Shown: in pieces, positions 30,655 to 40,491 of the stretch
Layout: each line of letters starts with the position of its first letter
Numbering within the stretch: position 1 is the stretch's first letter
From: Candidatus Hodarchaeota archaeon
GTDB lineage: Archaea > Asgardarchaeota > Lokiarchaeia > Sigyniarchaeales > SOKP01
Assembly (NCBI GenBank): GCA_048886685.1
Contig: JBHLKM010000001.1
Location: forward strand, 320,001-384,000
DNA length: 64,000 nt
Direction: 5' to 3'
Translations under genes and position numbers: made by a program
Notes under the pieces: model-generated
Database searches by the model: none
Told to the model about the DNA's origin: nothing
Seen by the model: the letters and a program-made list of their open reading frames with translations, nothing else

Positions 30655-33600
30655 TTAATTTTCAGTAACTGTTGGTTCAATATCTTCAAGTTCTAAAAGT
30701 CTCTTCGCCTCTTCCTCTAAATCTACGCTAAAGATATCCGTTATACCACTTTGCTGCATAGAAACGCCATAAATTCTGTCTGAATTTACGATATTCTCCT
30801 CTCTATGGCTAATGACCAAGAATTGCGCTTGACTGGAAAATTCCTTTATAACCATCGAAGTTCTATGTACATTGGGACCATCCAAGGCCGCATCGATCTC
30901 GTCCATAATATAGAACGGCGCGGGATAGAACTCCTGCACGGCAAAGATGAACGAGAGCGCCACAAGAGTTTTTTCACCCCCACTTAAAATTTCGAGGCTT
31001 GAAATTTTTTTCCCGCGCGGTCGAGCTTCGATGCTGATACCACCTTCGAAGGGCTTATCGGGACGGTCTAAAATCATTTTAGCAGAACCACCAGGAGAAA
31101 GTTTTTGAAATATCCGAGAGAATTCTCGATTAATTTCATGATAAGCTTTCATGAATGTACGTGTTTTTTCTAATTCAATTTTATCTATGGCATCGAGGAT
31201 TGATTTTCTTTCCCTTTGGATGGTTTGTCTTCGCATATCAATCTCATCAAATCTTTCCTTTACAGTATCATATTGTTCAATTGCTTTCAAATTAACTGGT
31301 TCAAGAGTTTTTTTATTATTAATTACTTCTACAATTTCAGATTGCAATTCTGGTTCCGAAAGATCCTCTGTAACAGGAGGTAGTGAGCCATATTCTTTAG
31401 AACGTTGAAATAAAGTTTCTATTTGATCCGCACAAATGATCTTTTTGGATTCAAAACTGTTCTTCTTTGAATTTTCCATTGATTGATCTGATTTTAAATC
31501 TGTAATAGTCTTTTGGTATTGCTTTTGTTTCTTCCAAGATTCATCTTTTTCTTGAGTATAATTATCGATCTCCTCCTGTTTTGCATCCTTTTTCCCATTT
31601 TCAGTTTCTAATTCACTTTTAAAATTTTCTAGTTCTTTCATTACAGATTCTATTTGATTTTCAGTATCAATGATTTCTTGATTTAATTCAAGAATTTTTT
31701 GTTCTCTTTCTTTATTCTTATTTAACTCATTTAATCTTTTTTGATGTTTTTGTTGATCCTTATTAAATTTGTTTAATTTCTTTTGGGCGGCTTTTTGTGC
31801 TTCTACTTCTTTAGTTTTCTCACCCCTTAAGGAATCTATTACACTTTGTTTTTGGTCAACATTTACTTGGATCTTATCAACTTCAGAGTTAAGTTCATCT
31901 ACGTTTTTTAGACAAACTTCAACATCATTTTTTGCTTCAATATTCTCTTTTTTAATGTCTTCAATTGAGTTAATGATTCTCATTACGTTTTCAAGTGCGC
32001 GTAGGCGGTCCATGATGTCTTCTAATTCTAGATTTTTTCCTTCGATCTGTTTCTGAATGTTTTCACTTATTTCCCAGAATTTTTCTTTCTGTGAAGTAAG
32101 ATCGTTAATTTCATTTTGAAATGAAGTTTGTTCTTCATGTAATTTTTCAATACTTTCTTCTGTATTAATAATTAAATTTTTCTTTTCTTCGATTGAATTG
32201 TTTATTGTTTGAATATTTTCCTCAATTTCTGATAAATTTTCGAATAAATTCTGAATTCCATGTAATTCCTGCAGATTTTCTCTTAATTTTTCTAATTCTG
32301 CTTGTTCTTTTTCAATGTCCTCTTGAATTTTAGAGATATCATCCCAGTAAGTATCTTTTAGCTCCTCTAATTTCTTTATTTCTTCATCTAATTCTTTAAT
32401 TTCTTTTTCCCTTTCGTTAATTAATTCGTTTCTTTCATTTATTTCTTCTTCAGCTTTTTTAATTCTATCAAGTATCTCTTGATTTCTTTTATTTATTTCT
32501 TCGAGTCTTCGATTAAAAGCAGAAAGATTTTCAGAATCGTGTCTTTTTTGAAGGTTGGCCTCTGTTAATCTTTTCTCAGTGAGATTAAAATCATCCATCT
32601 GAGAGTTTATGTTTTCCGAAATTTCATCAAGTTGTTTGTATAATTCTTGACTCTTTGACATGGTTAGCTTTCTTAAGGATAGGTAAACGTTCTCAAGAAT
32701 TTCCATAAGATCTTGAACAAAATTATCGAAAGTAGTAGTTGAAGCTTGAACTTCTACGTCAGCAGACTCCTTCACTCTCTCAATTAATTGCCCTATTGTG
32801 TCATCAGCATTATCAGTAAATAATTTTAAAGTTTCCATAATAGATTTTAGCATTTCTGTCATTTCTGTAGCTTGTTCTGTAGTATCCCCTATTTCCTCAA
32901 CAGTTCTCATTATATCTACAAGATCTAAAACGAATTTCTTAAAATCTTCAGCTGAAGTCTCAATTGCCTCTGCATTTGATTGCTGTATATTACTTTTTAT
33001 GGATTCAACGGAGATATTAATATTTTGAGTGAGCATGTTTAAAATCTGCAGAATCCCAGTAATATCTGTTGTATTTTTTTCATATTCAGCTTCAGAAGAT
33101 TCAATTTTTTTTAATATACTCTCTTTTTCTTTGGTAAGATCTTCTAAACGTCTTTGAATGTTCATATTTTTATTATTAAACTTTTCGAGATCTTTTTCAA
33201 TATCTAAAATGCTTTTATTCAAAGTAGATACTTGTAAATCTAAATTATTTTTCTCTCGCTCTAATTTAGTTGATTCTTTTGTAAATATTTTCAACTCAGT
33301 ATTAATATTTTCTATCTTTCCCTTGTTGTCATTGATTTCGGAGTCTAAAGAATATTTTTTCATCCGCAGCAATTCTAAATTTTGCTCATTTTTTTTGTAA
33401 ATTGAATTTTGTTCTCTTAATTGTCCTCTTAAATCATTTATTGTTTTGGTTCTATTCTCATTTTCTTTTAATAAATCTTTAACAGCATCCTCTGTATCTT
33501 TACCTTTACTCAATTCCTGAATTCTTTTCTCAATAGAAGTTTTTTTATCATTTAGATTATGAATATTATTGTTATTCATATTAATCTCAGTATTTAATGA

Positions 33601-35109
33601 AGATAAATTAGATTGTAGATTTAATAGTTTTGAATTTAGCTGGTTTTTCTCCTCTTGAATTGAAGTGATTTTATTCTCGAGAGCTTTTTGGTTTTGATTT
33701 TCTTCTACAATTTTAGCTTTTAGGTTATCTATCTGCTTTCTAATTTCGTTTTCTTCCTTTTTTGTATTTTTAATAGCTTCATCAATACTTTCTGCATCTT
33801 TTTTTAGTTTTGCTAACTCAGTTTCTAATTTTATTTTTTTATCTTCATTCTTTTTAATATTATCTTTAAGGACTTTAATTTGAGCTTTATTAGAAGATAT
33901 ATTTTGTTGTATTTTGGAGATTTCTGCATTAAACTGTGATTTTTCTTCCTCATTATCTCTAATTTTTGTATCTATTTCAGCCTGAGTTTGTTGTCTTTTT
34001 TCTATTTCTTTTTTGGCCTGTTCAATGATATTTTCACATTCAGATATATCATTTAAAGCGCTTTCTATCAATGAATCGATGCTTTGATCTTCTTCAAGAA
34101 TCATCTGTAGATTTTCTAAATTTTTAATTTCCTGGGTGAGTTTTTCAATTGATTTTCTGGCGAGGTTTGAAGTGGTTTGGCTGGAAGAGATTTTTGTTTT
34201 TAATTGTGTAATATTCTCATTAATTTCCTCTCTTTCTTTCTCTTTTTCATTTATATTTTTTTGAATGTTATCCATTACGAGTGACTCTTGTTTAAGTAAA
34301 GCCTCTTGTCTACTAATTTTTTCTTTTAATTCTTCAATAATTTTTAAAGAATTTTCTATTTTCTTTTCTAGATCATCTTCTTCTTCTCTTAACTTCGAAA
34401 TTTTTAGTGCTATCAATTGTGAATTTAAAAAATTAATTTTTTCATCTAATTCCTTCCACGCTAGAGCATCATTTTTCTCTTTTTCAACTTTTTTTAGTTG
34501 GGAGGAAACTTCTTTAAAAATTGCTTCAAATTGTCCTAAATCTCTCTCTGCTTTTTCCAATTCCTTTAGTGTTGCATCTTTCATTTCATCATACTTTTGA
34601 AGTCCGATTAGATCCTCAATGAAAAATCTACGTTCTTCTGTATTCATATGTGTTAATTCAACTATCTTACCTTGCAGAACAAACTGATTGCTACCATCAG
34701 GATCAATATTTGCTGCGGCTAAAGCGTTAAGAATTTGCTGACGCGTGGTGTTTTTTCCATTCATTTTGTATCCACCCCCACCACCTCTCTTTATTGTACG
34801 GGTGATTTCAAATGTGTCAGTCCCTCCAGGAAATACATTATCAGAATTATCAAAATACATTGTTACTGATGCTCTTTGTGACGGGTTTTTCCCTCTAGAA
34901 CCTGCAAAAATTAGATCTTCTAAACTCTTAGCCCTCATTGTTTTTTTACTTAACCTCCCTAAGGCGAAGCAAAGAGCATCTATGATATTAGATTTACCTG
35001 CACCATTAGGCCCTACTATGCATGTAAAACCACTTGAAAGTTTGATTGTTACTGTGCGATCTCCAAATGACTTAAAACCAGTCATCGAAATTTTTTTAAT
35101 GTAAGTCAT
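30655..35109 (-). CDS. smc: Smc ATPase (1484 aa) with atypical central domain
   Basis: GFKSF, GPNGAGKSN, VLQG (Q-loop), PVNLKA, LSGGEK, MDEIDAALD, VISH; long coiled coils. Confidence 0.96.
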   Translation of the reverse strand: MTYIKKISMTGFKSFGDRTVTIKLSSGFTCIVGPNGAGKSNIIDALCFALGRLSKKTMRAKSLEDLIFAGSRGKNPSQRASVTMYFDNSDNVFPGGTDTFEITRTIKRGGGGGYKMNGKNTTRQQILNALAAANIDPDGSNQFVLQGKIVELTHMNTEERRFFIEDLIGLQKYDEMKDATLKELEKAERDLGQFEAIFKEVSSQLKKVEKEKNDALAWKELDEKINFLNSQLIALKISKLREEEDDLEKKIENSLKIIEELKEKISRQEALLKQESLVMDNIQKNINEKEKEREEINENITQLKTKISSSQTTSNLARKSIEKLTQEIKNLENLQMILEEDQSIDSLIESALNDISECENIIEQAKKEIEKRQQTQAEIDTKIRDNEEEKSQFNAEISKIQQNISSNKAQIKVLKDNIKKNEDKKIKLETELAKLKKDAESIDEAIKNTKKEENEIRKQIDNLKAKIVEENQNQKALENKITSIQEEKNQLNSKLLNLQSNLSSLNTEINMNNNNIHNLNDKKTSIEKRIQELSKGKDTEDAVKDLLKENENRTKTINDLRGQLREQNSIYKKNEQNLELLRMKKYSLDSEINDNKGKIENINTELKIFTKESTKLEREKNNLDLQVSTLNKSILDIEKDLEKFNNKNMNIQRRLEDLTKEKESILKKIESSEAEYEKNTTDITGILQILNMLTQNINISVESIKSNIQQSNAEAIETSAEDFKKFVLDLVDIMRTVEEIGDTTEQATEMTEMLKSIMETLKLFTDNADDTIGQLIERVKESADVEVQASTTTFDNFVQDLMEILENVYLSLRKLTMSKSQELYKQLDEISENINSQMDDFNLTEKRLTEANLQKRHDSENLSAFNRRLEEINKRNQEILDRIKKAEEEINERNELINEREKEIKELDEEIKKLEELKDTYWDDISKIQEDIEKEQAELEKLRENLQELHGIQNLFENLSEIEENIQTINNSIEEKKNLIINTEESIEKLHEEQTSFQNEINDLTSQKEKFWEISENIQKQIEGKNLELEDIMDRLRALENVMRIINSIEDIKKENIEAKNDVEVCLKNVDELNSEVDKIQVNVDQKQSVIDSLRGEKTKEVEAQKAAQKKLNKFNKDQQKHQKRLNELNKNKEREQKILELNQEIIDTENQIESVMKELENFKSELETENGKKDAKQEEIDNYTQEKDESWKKQKQYQKTITDLKSDQSMENSKKNSFESKKIICADQIETLFQRSKEYGSLPPVTEDLSEPELQSEIVEVINNKKTLEPVNLKAIEQYDTVKERFDEIDMRRQTIQRERKSILDAIDKIELEKTRTFMKAYHEINREFSRIFQKLSPGGSAKMILDRPDKPFEGGISIEARPRGKKISSLEILSGGEKTLVALSFIFAVQEFYPAPFYIMDEIDAALDGPNVHRTSMVIKEFSSQAQFLVISHREENIVNSDRIYGVSMQQSGITDIFSVDLEEEAKRLLELEDIEPTVTEN

Positions 35110-35235
35110 TTTTACCTTTACGTTTCCATCTTTAATATAAAAAATAGAGTAATTACCAATATATATATGATACGCATGGCGAATATATAAAAAAATCTAA
35201 CGTCTTTTTTCGATTCTGATAAATATACGAAAAGG

Positions 35236-36429
35236 TTAGTAATTATCAAACAAGGTATCTATAATTGCTTTTAATTGATTAGGGCTTATTACCATGAAGT
35301 AAGAGTCTGTATTTGTAGTATTATCTAAGAAATGAGGCTTTTTTATTCGTAACGCCTTTTTCGAGAGTCTTAGTATTCCAATATTTAATAATTCTTTAAT
35401 TAAGTTCTGGAATTCGTTTACATTTTTCTCATATTCTAAAGATTCACAAGATATATAATATAATTCTTCTAATTCCTTTAAAGAAACGTAATAATTTATC
35501 TTACTAATGAAATAATTTGAAAGATTATCCAAAAATATTATAGTTAAAAAATCCTCTTCAGAAATGTAATTTAAGATACTAAACTCATCATGAATTTGCA
35601 TTTGATCAAAATGAGTTTGACAAAGTTCTATTAGTTCACAATTTTTAATAATTTGTTTATTTTTTAATATTGGATATAGATCTCGAAGAATTTCAATTCC
35701 TTTTCCTGGAACAGGAACATACTGTTCACAGACTAAATCTGTTATATATTTAATTAATTCCTCATCCACCGTATGTGAAATTGTTAATAAAGTTCGTTGT
35801 TTTAAGATAGAATATAATTCCTTGTATGTGAAATAATTCAACTTTTTTTTTAAATCGAACTCAGATAATAAATCAATTGTTATAGGCCGCAAAATTTTAT
35901 TTATTGTATATATGGAAGTAATGTTTATTTCTTTCCCAATATGCAAAAATTTCTTAAATATTTCAGGTTTCAAATATTCTACATTTGTAAAAACAAAAAA
36001 AAGATTATTATCGATTTTTCTGCATAATAATTTAAATACATTCCATAAATGTGATAGGTTTGAATTTAAGAGGGAGTCATAGTTAATATTGAACTTATGC
36101 ATATTTAATAATTCTGTTAATATTGAGAATATCAATTCTTCGAAATTTTTTTCTTTGCAATCAATATAAATTTTATGAATATCAATATTATCTTCATTTT
36201 GTAGTGATAGATCATTGATTACTTTATTCACAATTGCTTTTTTCCCAATTCCATTAATGCCTTGATATAAAATATTGAGATTGAACTCATCAGATATTGA
36301 ATCACGCAAAATAGAAATTAATGAGTTCTGTTCTTTCTTACGGTACAACAATTGAGGGGGGATATAATTCGGGTCAAATAAAGCTTTAGGTCCAACAAAA
36401 TTTTGACTAATATCTAGTTTAAATGTCAT
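35236..36429 (-). CDS. Degenerate Cdc6/Orc1-family AAA+ protein
   Basis: LFDPNYIPPQLLYR, YQGINGIGKK (altered Walker A), YIDC, YTYKELYSILKQR, C-terminal winged helix (LKELEELY...C...LLNIGIL). Confidence 0.8.
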   Translation of the reverse strand: MTFKLDISQNFVGPKALFDPNYIPPQLLYRKKEQNSLISILRDSISDEFNLNILYQGINGIGKKAIVNKVINDLSLQNEDNIDIHKIYIDCKEKNFEELIFSILTELLNMHKFNINYDSLLNSNLSHLWNVFKLLCRKIDNNLFFVFTNVEYLKPEIFKKFLHIGKEINITSIYTINKILRPITIDLLSEFDLKKKLNYFTYKELYSILKQRTLLTISHTVDEELIKYITDLVCEQYVPVPGKGIEILRDLYPILKNKQIIKNCELIELCQTHFDQMQIHDEFSILNYISEEDFLTIIFLDNLSNYFISKINYYVSLKELEELYYISCESLEYEKNVNEFQNLIKELLNIGILRLSKKALRIKKPHFLDNTTNTDSYFMVISPNQLKAIIDTLFDNY

Positions 36430-36561
36430 GATTATGAGATTTTTTTATATTTTTTTTATATAAATATATTTAAACCCCACCCAGAGAGAGGTCACTAGAA
36501 GTAAAAATAAATAAACTACTAAATTAAAATTGAAAAAATTTTCTACCCTTTAGTAGAAACT

Positions 36562-37518
36562 TCATTCAAAACTTTCCAATAAATTTTTCAGGTTATCAGC
36601 TAAAATGGGTAAGTATTCATAAGACTTGTTTTTTACATTTTTATTTAAACAAAGCGTAACCAAATAAAATCGAGTATTGTTAATATCTAGTTTTCTAAGA
36701 AAAATTATACCTTCTTTTTGAGACTCTGAGCGTTCTTGTGAAAATTCGATATTAGTTACAATATCGACAGTGCTTATATCCCATTCCTCTAATTTTTCTA
36801 ATGCTTGAGTTAATCTTGGGGCTACAGACTCACATATCTTCTGATAATCATCATCTGTAGATCTGCTGGCAATTATAAAACAATTTTGGTCTAACAAAAG
36901 TGTAGAGCTATTGTATGTTTTGCTCATGTAGTCCTTTAGTAGAGTTTGAAACATATTAGACTTATAAGTAGCATAAAAAGCACCATCAGAAAAAGCTTTT
37001 AATAAGGTTGGAGCATCATAAATTGAAGTTCTAAAAATAGAATATTTTATATCTTTAATAATTGATGAGATTTTTGATTCAAAAAAGGATATATTTTCCA
37101 ATATTTCCTTCCTTTTTTTAATATCTGGGTCACATTTGTGTAATAATATTAAGAATTGAAAATTGTCAGGATGGGAATCTGTAGTAATAGCTACGATATC
37201 TTTTAGAAAAATTAATGATTCTTCAAATTTTTCAGGTACTTGTATATCTATAACATAAAATATTGATTGCATATCAGTAAAATATTTGCTTTTATCACCT
37301 AAGTATATTTTTCTATAACTTTTTTGGCCTCCCAAATCCCAACGGATAAGTGAAATTCCTAATAAGGAGTTAGTATGAACAGTTCTTTTAGCTTTTATGG
37401 TAGGTTTAACAGTTGGTAATAAACTAAACTTTTTATCTAATAATAGCAGAATCGATGTTTTGCCCCCGTTTTCTAACCCGCAAAAAAGGATCTTTTTAAG
37501 TTCTTTAGATTTGCTCAT
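36562..37518 (-). CDS. Small GTPase (Arf/Rag-like) with C-terminal roadblock/longin-like domain
   Basis: GLENGGKTS, PT, WDLGGQ, HKCD, TSIY; about 130-aa alpha/beta tail. Confidence 0.88.
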   Translation of the reverse strand: MSKSKELKKILFCGLENGGKTSILLLLDKKFSLLPTVKPTIKAKRTVHTNSLLGISLIRWDLGGQKSYRKIYLGDKSKYFTDMQSIFYVIDIQVPEKFEESLIFLKDIVAITTDSHPDNFQFLILLHKCDPDIKKRKEILENISFFESKISSIIKDIKYSIFRTSIYDAPTLLKAFSDGAFYATYKSNMFQTLLKDYMSKTYNSSTLLLDQNCFIIASRSTDDDYQKICESVAPRLTQALEKLEEWDISTVDIVTNIEFSQERSESQKEGIIFLRKLDINNTRFYLVTLCLNKNVKNKSYEYLPILADNLKNLLESFE

Positions 37519-37548
37519 TTAAATATACTGGGTGATATTTAATTGCTC

Positions 37549-38364
37549 CTAATTATTTATTATTTTGACATTTATTTTATTCTTATCTACTTTTTCTCCT
37601 AGTCGAATTTTTCTCATCTTATTTGGAAAAGATAAATCAATATCATCAGAAATAACGCCACTTGAATTTATTGGCCCTTCTACAATCTTCAACTTAGAAG
37701 GAGAAATGCTTCCTTTATGAAAAGAAATGATTTTGCTGTTTCCAATAAATTTTCTTTTCAAATAACTGCCAAAACTATTACAAGCTACAACAGGTACTCG
37801 ATTTTCAAGTGCGCGTGCCTTTAAATATATTTCCCAATTACTCATTCCGTCTTCTCTGATTTGGGTAGGTGAGAATAGAATATTTGCCCCATTTTCTACA
37901 GCTAATCTGGGTGTTTCGAAGAAAGCCATATCAAAACAAATTAAAATAGCAAAATTGTATTGGTTTATTGTAAATATTTTTAATGTATTACCTGGTTCGA
38001 ACTGTTCCTGTTCATACGCATAAAGATGAATTTTTTCTTGACGTCCTATTTCATCTCCGTTTTCATCAAAGAAATAGCATGTAATGGTTGGATTTTTTAA
38101 ATTATTTCTTTTTTCCCAAATACCTCCTGAGAGTATTTTTATGTTGTATTCTTTTGCTAAGTTTTTAATAAAATTGTAATCATTTCCTCTTTCCTTTTGA
38201 ATATTTTTTACTGGATTTTTAAAGTATGGAACCCATCTTTCAGGTAAACATACAATATCATATTTATGACTTTTTTCTAATAATCTTTTTAAAAGGATCT
38301 CAATTTCTAAATAGCATTTATTTCTTTCTTGAAAAATTTGTGGCTGAATGCAAGCTACTCTCAT
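37549..38364 (-). CDS. Carbon-nitrogen hydrolase (nitrilase superfamily)
   Basis: Catalytic triad in LPE, EKIHL and ICFD; also ARALEN. Confidence 0.92.
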   Translation of the reverse strand: MRVACIQPQIFQERNKCYLEIEILLKRLLEKSHKYDIVCLPERWVPYFKNPVKNIQKERGNDYNFIKNLAKEYNIKILSGGIWEKRNNLKNPTITCYFFDENGDEIGRQEKIHLYAYEQEQFEPGNTLKIFTINQYNFAILICFDMAFFETPRLAVENGANILFSPTQIREDGMSNWEIYLKARALENRVPVVACNSFGSYLKRKFIGNSKIISFHKGSISPSKLKIVEGPINSSGVISDDIDLSFPNKMRKIRLGEKVDKNKINVKIINN

Positions 38365-39140
38365 TCCCTAATTAAACTCCGAGTCGATTTATTATTAATC
38401 TCATCAATAATGTCAAACAATTCGTTTAAATTAGAAATTTCATAATCTGGCTTTTGAGGTCCTTTAATATTCGAATCTACATGAAAAAGGTCATATTTTC
38501 CTCCTCTATGAAGATATACACTAAATATGTTACTTAAATTTGCTGGAACAATATCTTTATCAATTCTATCTCCTATATATATTGCTTCTTGACCTTTAAC
38601 ACCAAATTTCTTTAACCAGTAATTAAAAAGTTCTGGGTTTGGTTTTTTAATCCCAATTTCATCGGAAATTACAACCAAATCAATTAAATCATCGATTTTA
38701 AGCCTTAAAATTTTTTCATATTGTTTAATTGGGATTCCGTCTGTAATAATTGCTGTTTTTATTGATAATTTTCTTAATCTCTCTAAACATTCCTTAACAT
38801 CGTCATATAATTGAATTGAATCAACTTTTTCTTGATGATATGCCATAACTGCCGAAGCTATATATTTATAACGGCTATTATATGATATGTATTCTACCTC
38901 GTCTCTCATTTGGTTCAATCTTCGAATAAAGTAATTATAATGTTTCGAAGAATTTGAACCATACTCACTTACGATTTCTCTGATTATCTGAATTGCTTTA
39001 TCTCTATCCATTTTTAAACCTAAGCGAATCATTGCGTCTATTCCTTTAATTCTCGCTCTTTCTGACAAGCCTGTTGAGTCAAATAAACAATCATCCAGAT
39101 CAAATCCAATTAATTTTATAGAATTCATTGTCACAGTCAA
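38361..39140 (-). CDS. HAD-superfamily hydrolase, archaeal type
   Basis: FDLDDCL, ITDG, KKPNP, IGDRIDKDI. Confidence 0.92.
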   Translation of the reverse strand: MTVTMNSIKLIGFDLDDCLFDSTGLSERARIKGIDAMIRLGLKMDRDKAIQIIREIVSEYGSNSSKHYNYFIRRLNQMRDEVEYISYNSRYKYIASAVMAYHQEKVDSIQLYDDVKECLERLRKLSIKTAIITDGIPIKQYEKILRLKIDDLIDLVVISDEIGIKKPNPELFNYWLKKFGVKGQEAIYIGDRIDKDIVPANLSNIFSVYLHRGGKYDLFHVDSNIKGPQKPDYEISNLNELFDIIDEINNKSTRSLIRE

Positions 39141-39336
39141 TTATTCTCTTAAATTTATAAAACTAACGTATGTTTGTTGTTTATAATAACCATCTAAAGA
39201 TATTAGAGGTTAAGTAAAGATAGATTTATTTAACTTTAATAATATATAATCTTTAATATTAATTTGTTTAGATTTAACATTATCAAATTAGCTGTTCTGC
39301 TTATAAATTAAAAAATTCATGATGGAGATTCATTAA

Positions 39337-40446
39337 TTGAAAACAGCTGTATCATTATCTTATTTCCATAGAAAAATTGGACCGTTAGTATTTTTTTCTT
39401 ACCCTAAAAATACTTTAGATAAGGAATTATCGGTTAAAATAGCTAATATTATGGATCAACAATATAATGAAGGATTTTTTACACATTCATTTGAAAACTT
39501 AAAATCGATGAATTACTACTTTGAAATTCATTCTGATTGGGCACGTGGAAATAAAGAAATGTTAATGATTTCTATAATATTAGATCAACAAATTTCGGCA
39601 GAAGTAGAAGAAATTTTATCAAGTTTGTGTGCAGAATTTTCGGAAAGATTACAATCAAACGAGGAAATATACACAGCCTTCTATATAAAAGATTTGAATA
39701 GCTTTGATGACAATGATAAAGAAATTATAATCAAGAATGAAGCATTAATAGAAGCGTGGGTAAATGGTTTATACTGGGCGATAGTTGAATACACATGGGA
39801 AAAAACCGAAGAGGAAAAAATAGCAGTCCTATTAAATGATAAATATTTTTTTGAAACATTAGAAAAATTATCAAATGGTCCAATTACTTTAGAATGGCTA
39901 AGAGAATGGTTTATCGAAGAGTTTCCAGAAAAAGATTTAGATGAAATTATCGATACGCTAGTTGATAAACAATTTATATTTATAAATCAAATTGGGTTGG
40001 TTGAAAAATATGTACTTCTATTGAAGGAAGTTAATACTGAGAGAATACCGCCTGATAGTGTGATTGAATATATTGATGACAAACCAGAATTAATAGATTT
40101 ACTCCTCCCTAAAGTTCAGGAATACTTCAGTGAGTATGAAAAAAAAACAGAGGAGGAAATAAAACAAGACAGTTTTATCTTATTTAAAATAATGGCAGAC
40201 TCTAAGAAATATAATGTTCTTTCCGAATTAAGAAATGGGTTAATTTCAAAGGATAAATTACCAAAGTTAGTTTCAAAAAAGTCACTTGATTCTTTAATGG
40301 AAAATATAGAATTTCTTAAGAAGTATGATGTAATAGAAGAATTGAATTATGATAATGAAACATATATTGTATTAAAAACAAATCTTCAAATAACCACCAC
40401 CTTTCCAGAATGGATGAGAAAGTTGTTACCAAAAGAAATGGAATGA
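39337..40446 (+). CDS. Asgard-type protein with N-terminal uDENN/longin-like domain and probable winged-helix repeats
   Basis: SYFHRKIGP and FEIHSDWARGNKEMLMISII resemble longin/uDENN motifs; the C-terminal half has helix-helix-beta-hairpin patterns. Confidence 0.6.
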   Translation: MKTAVSLSYFHRKIGPLVFFSYPKNTLDKELSVKIANIMDQQYNEGFFTHSFENLKSMNYYFEIHSDWARGNKEMLMISIILDQQISAEVEEILSSLCAEFSERLQSNEEIYTAFYIKDLNSFDDNDKEIIIKNEALIEAWVNGLYWAIVEYTWEKTEEEKIAVLLNDKYFFETLEKLSNGPITLEWLREWFIEEFPEKDLDEIIDTLVDKQFIFINQIGLVEKYVLLLKEVNTERIPPDSVIEYIDDKPELIDLLLPKVQEYFSEYEKKTEEEIKQDSFILFKIMADSKKYNVLSELRNGLISKDKLPKLVSKKSLDSLMENIEFLKKYDVIEELNYDNETYIVLKTNLQITTTFPEWMRKLLPKEME

Positions 40447-40491
40447 AATTTATGATATTTCATTAGAAATTAATAAAATTACCAGTTTACA

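Noticed and set aside
36430-36561. Possible replication origin next to the cdc6-like gene
   Set aside because: AT-rich, but no repeated ORB-like elements are visible and the Cdc6 is degenerate.
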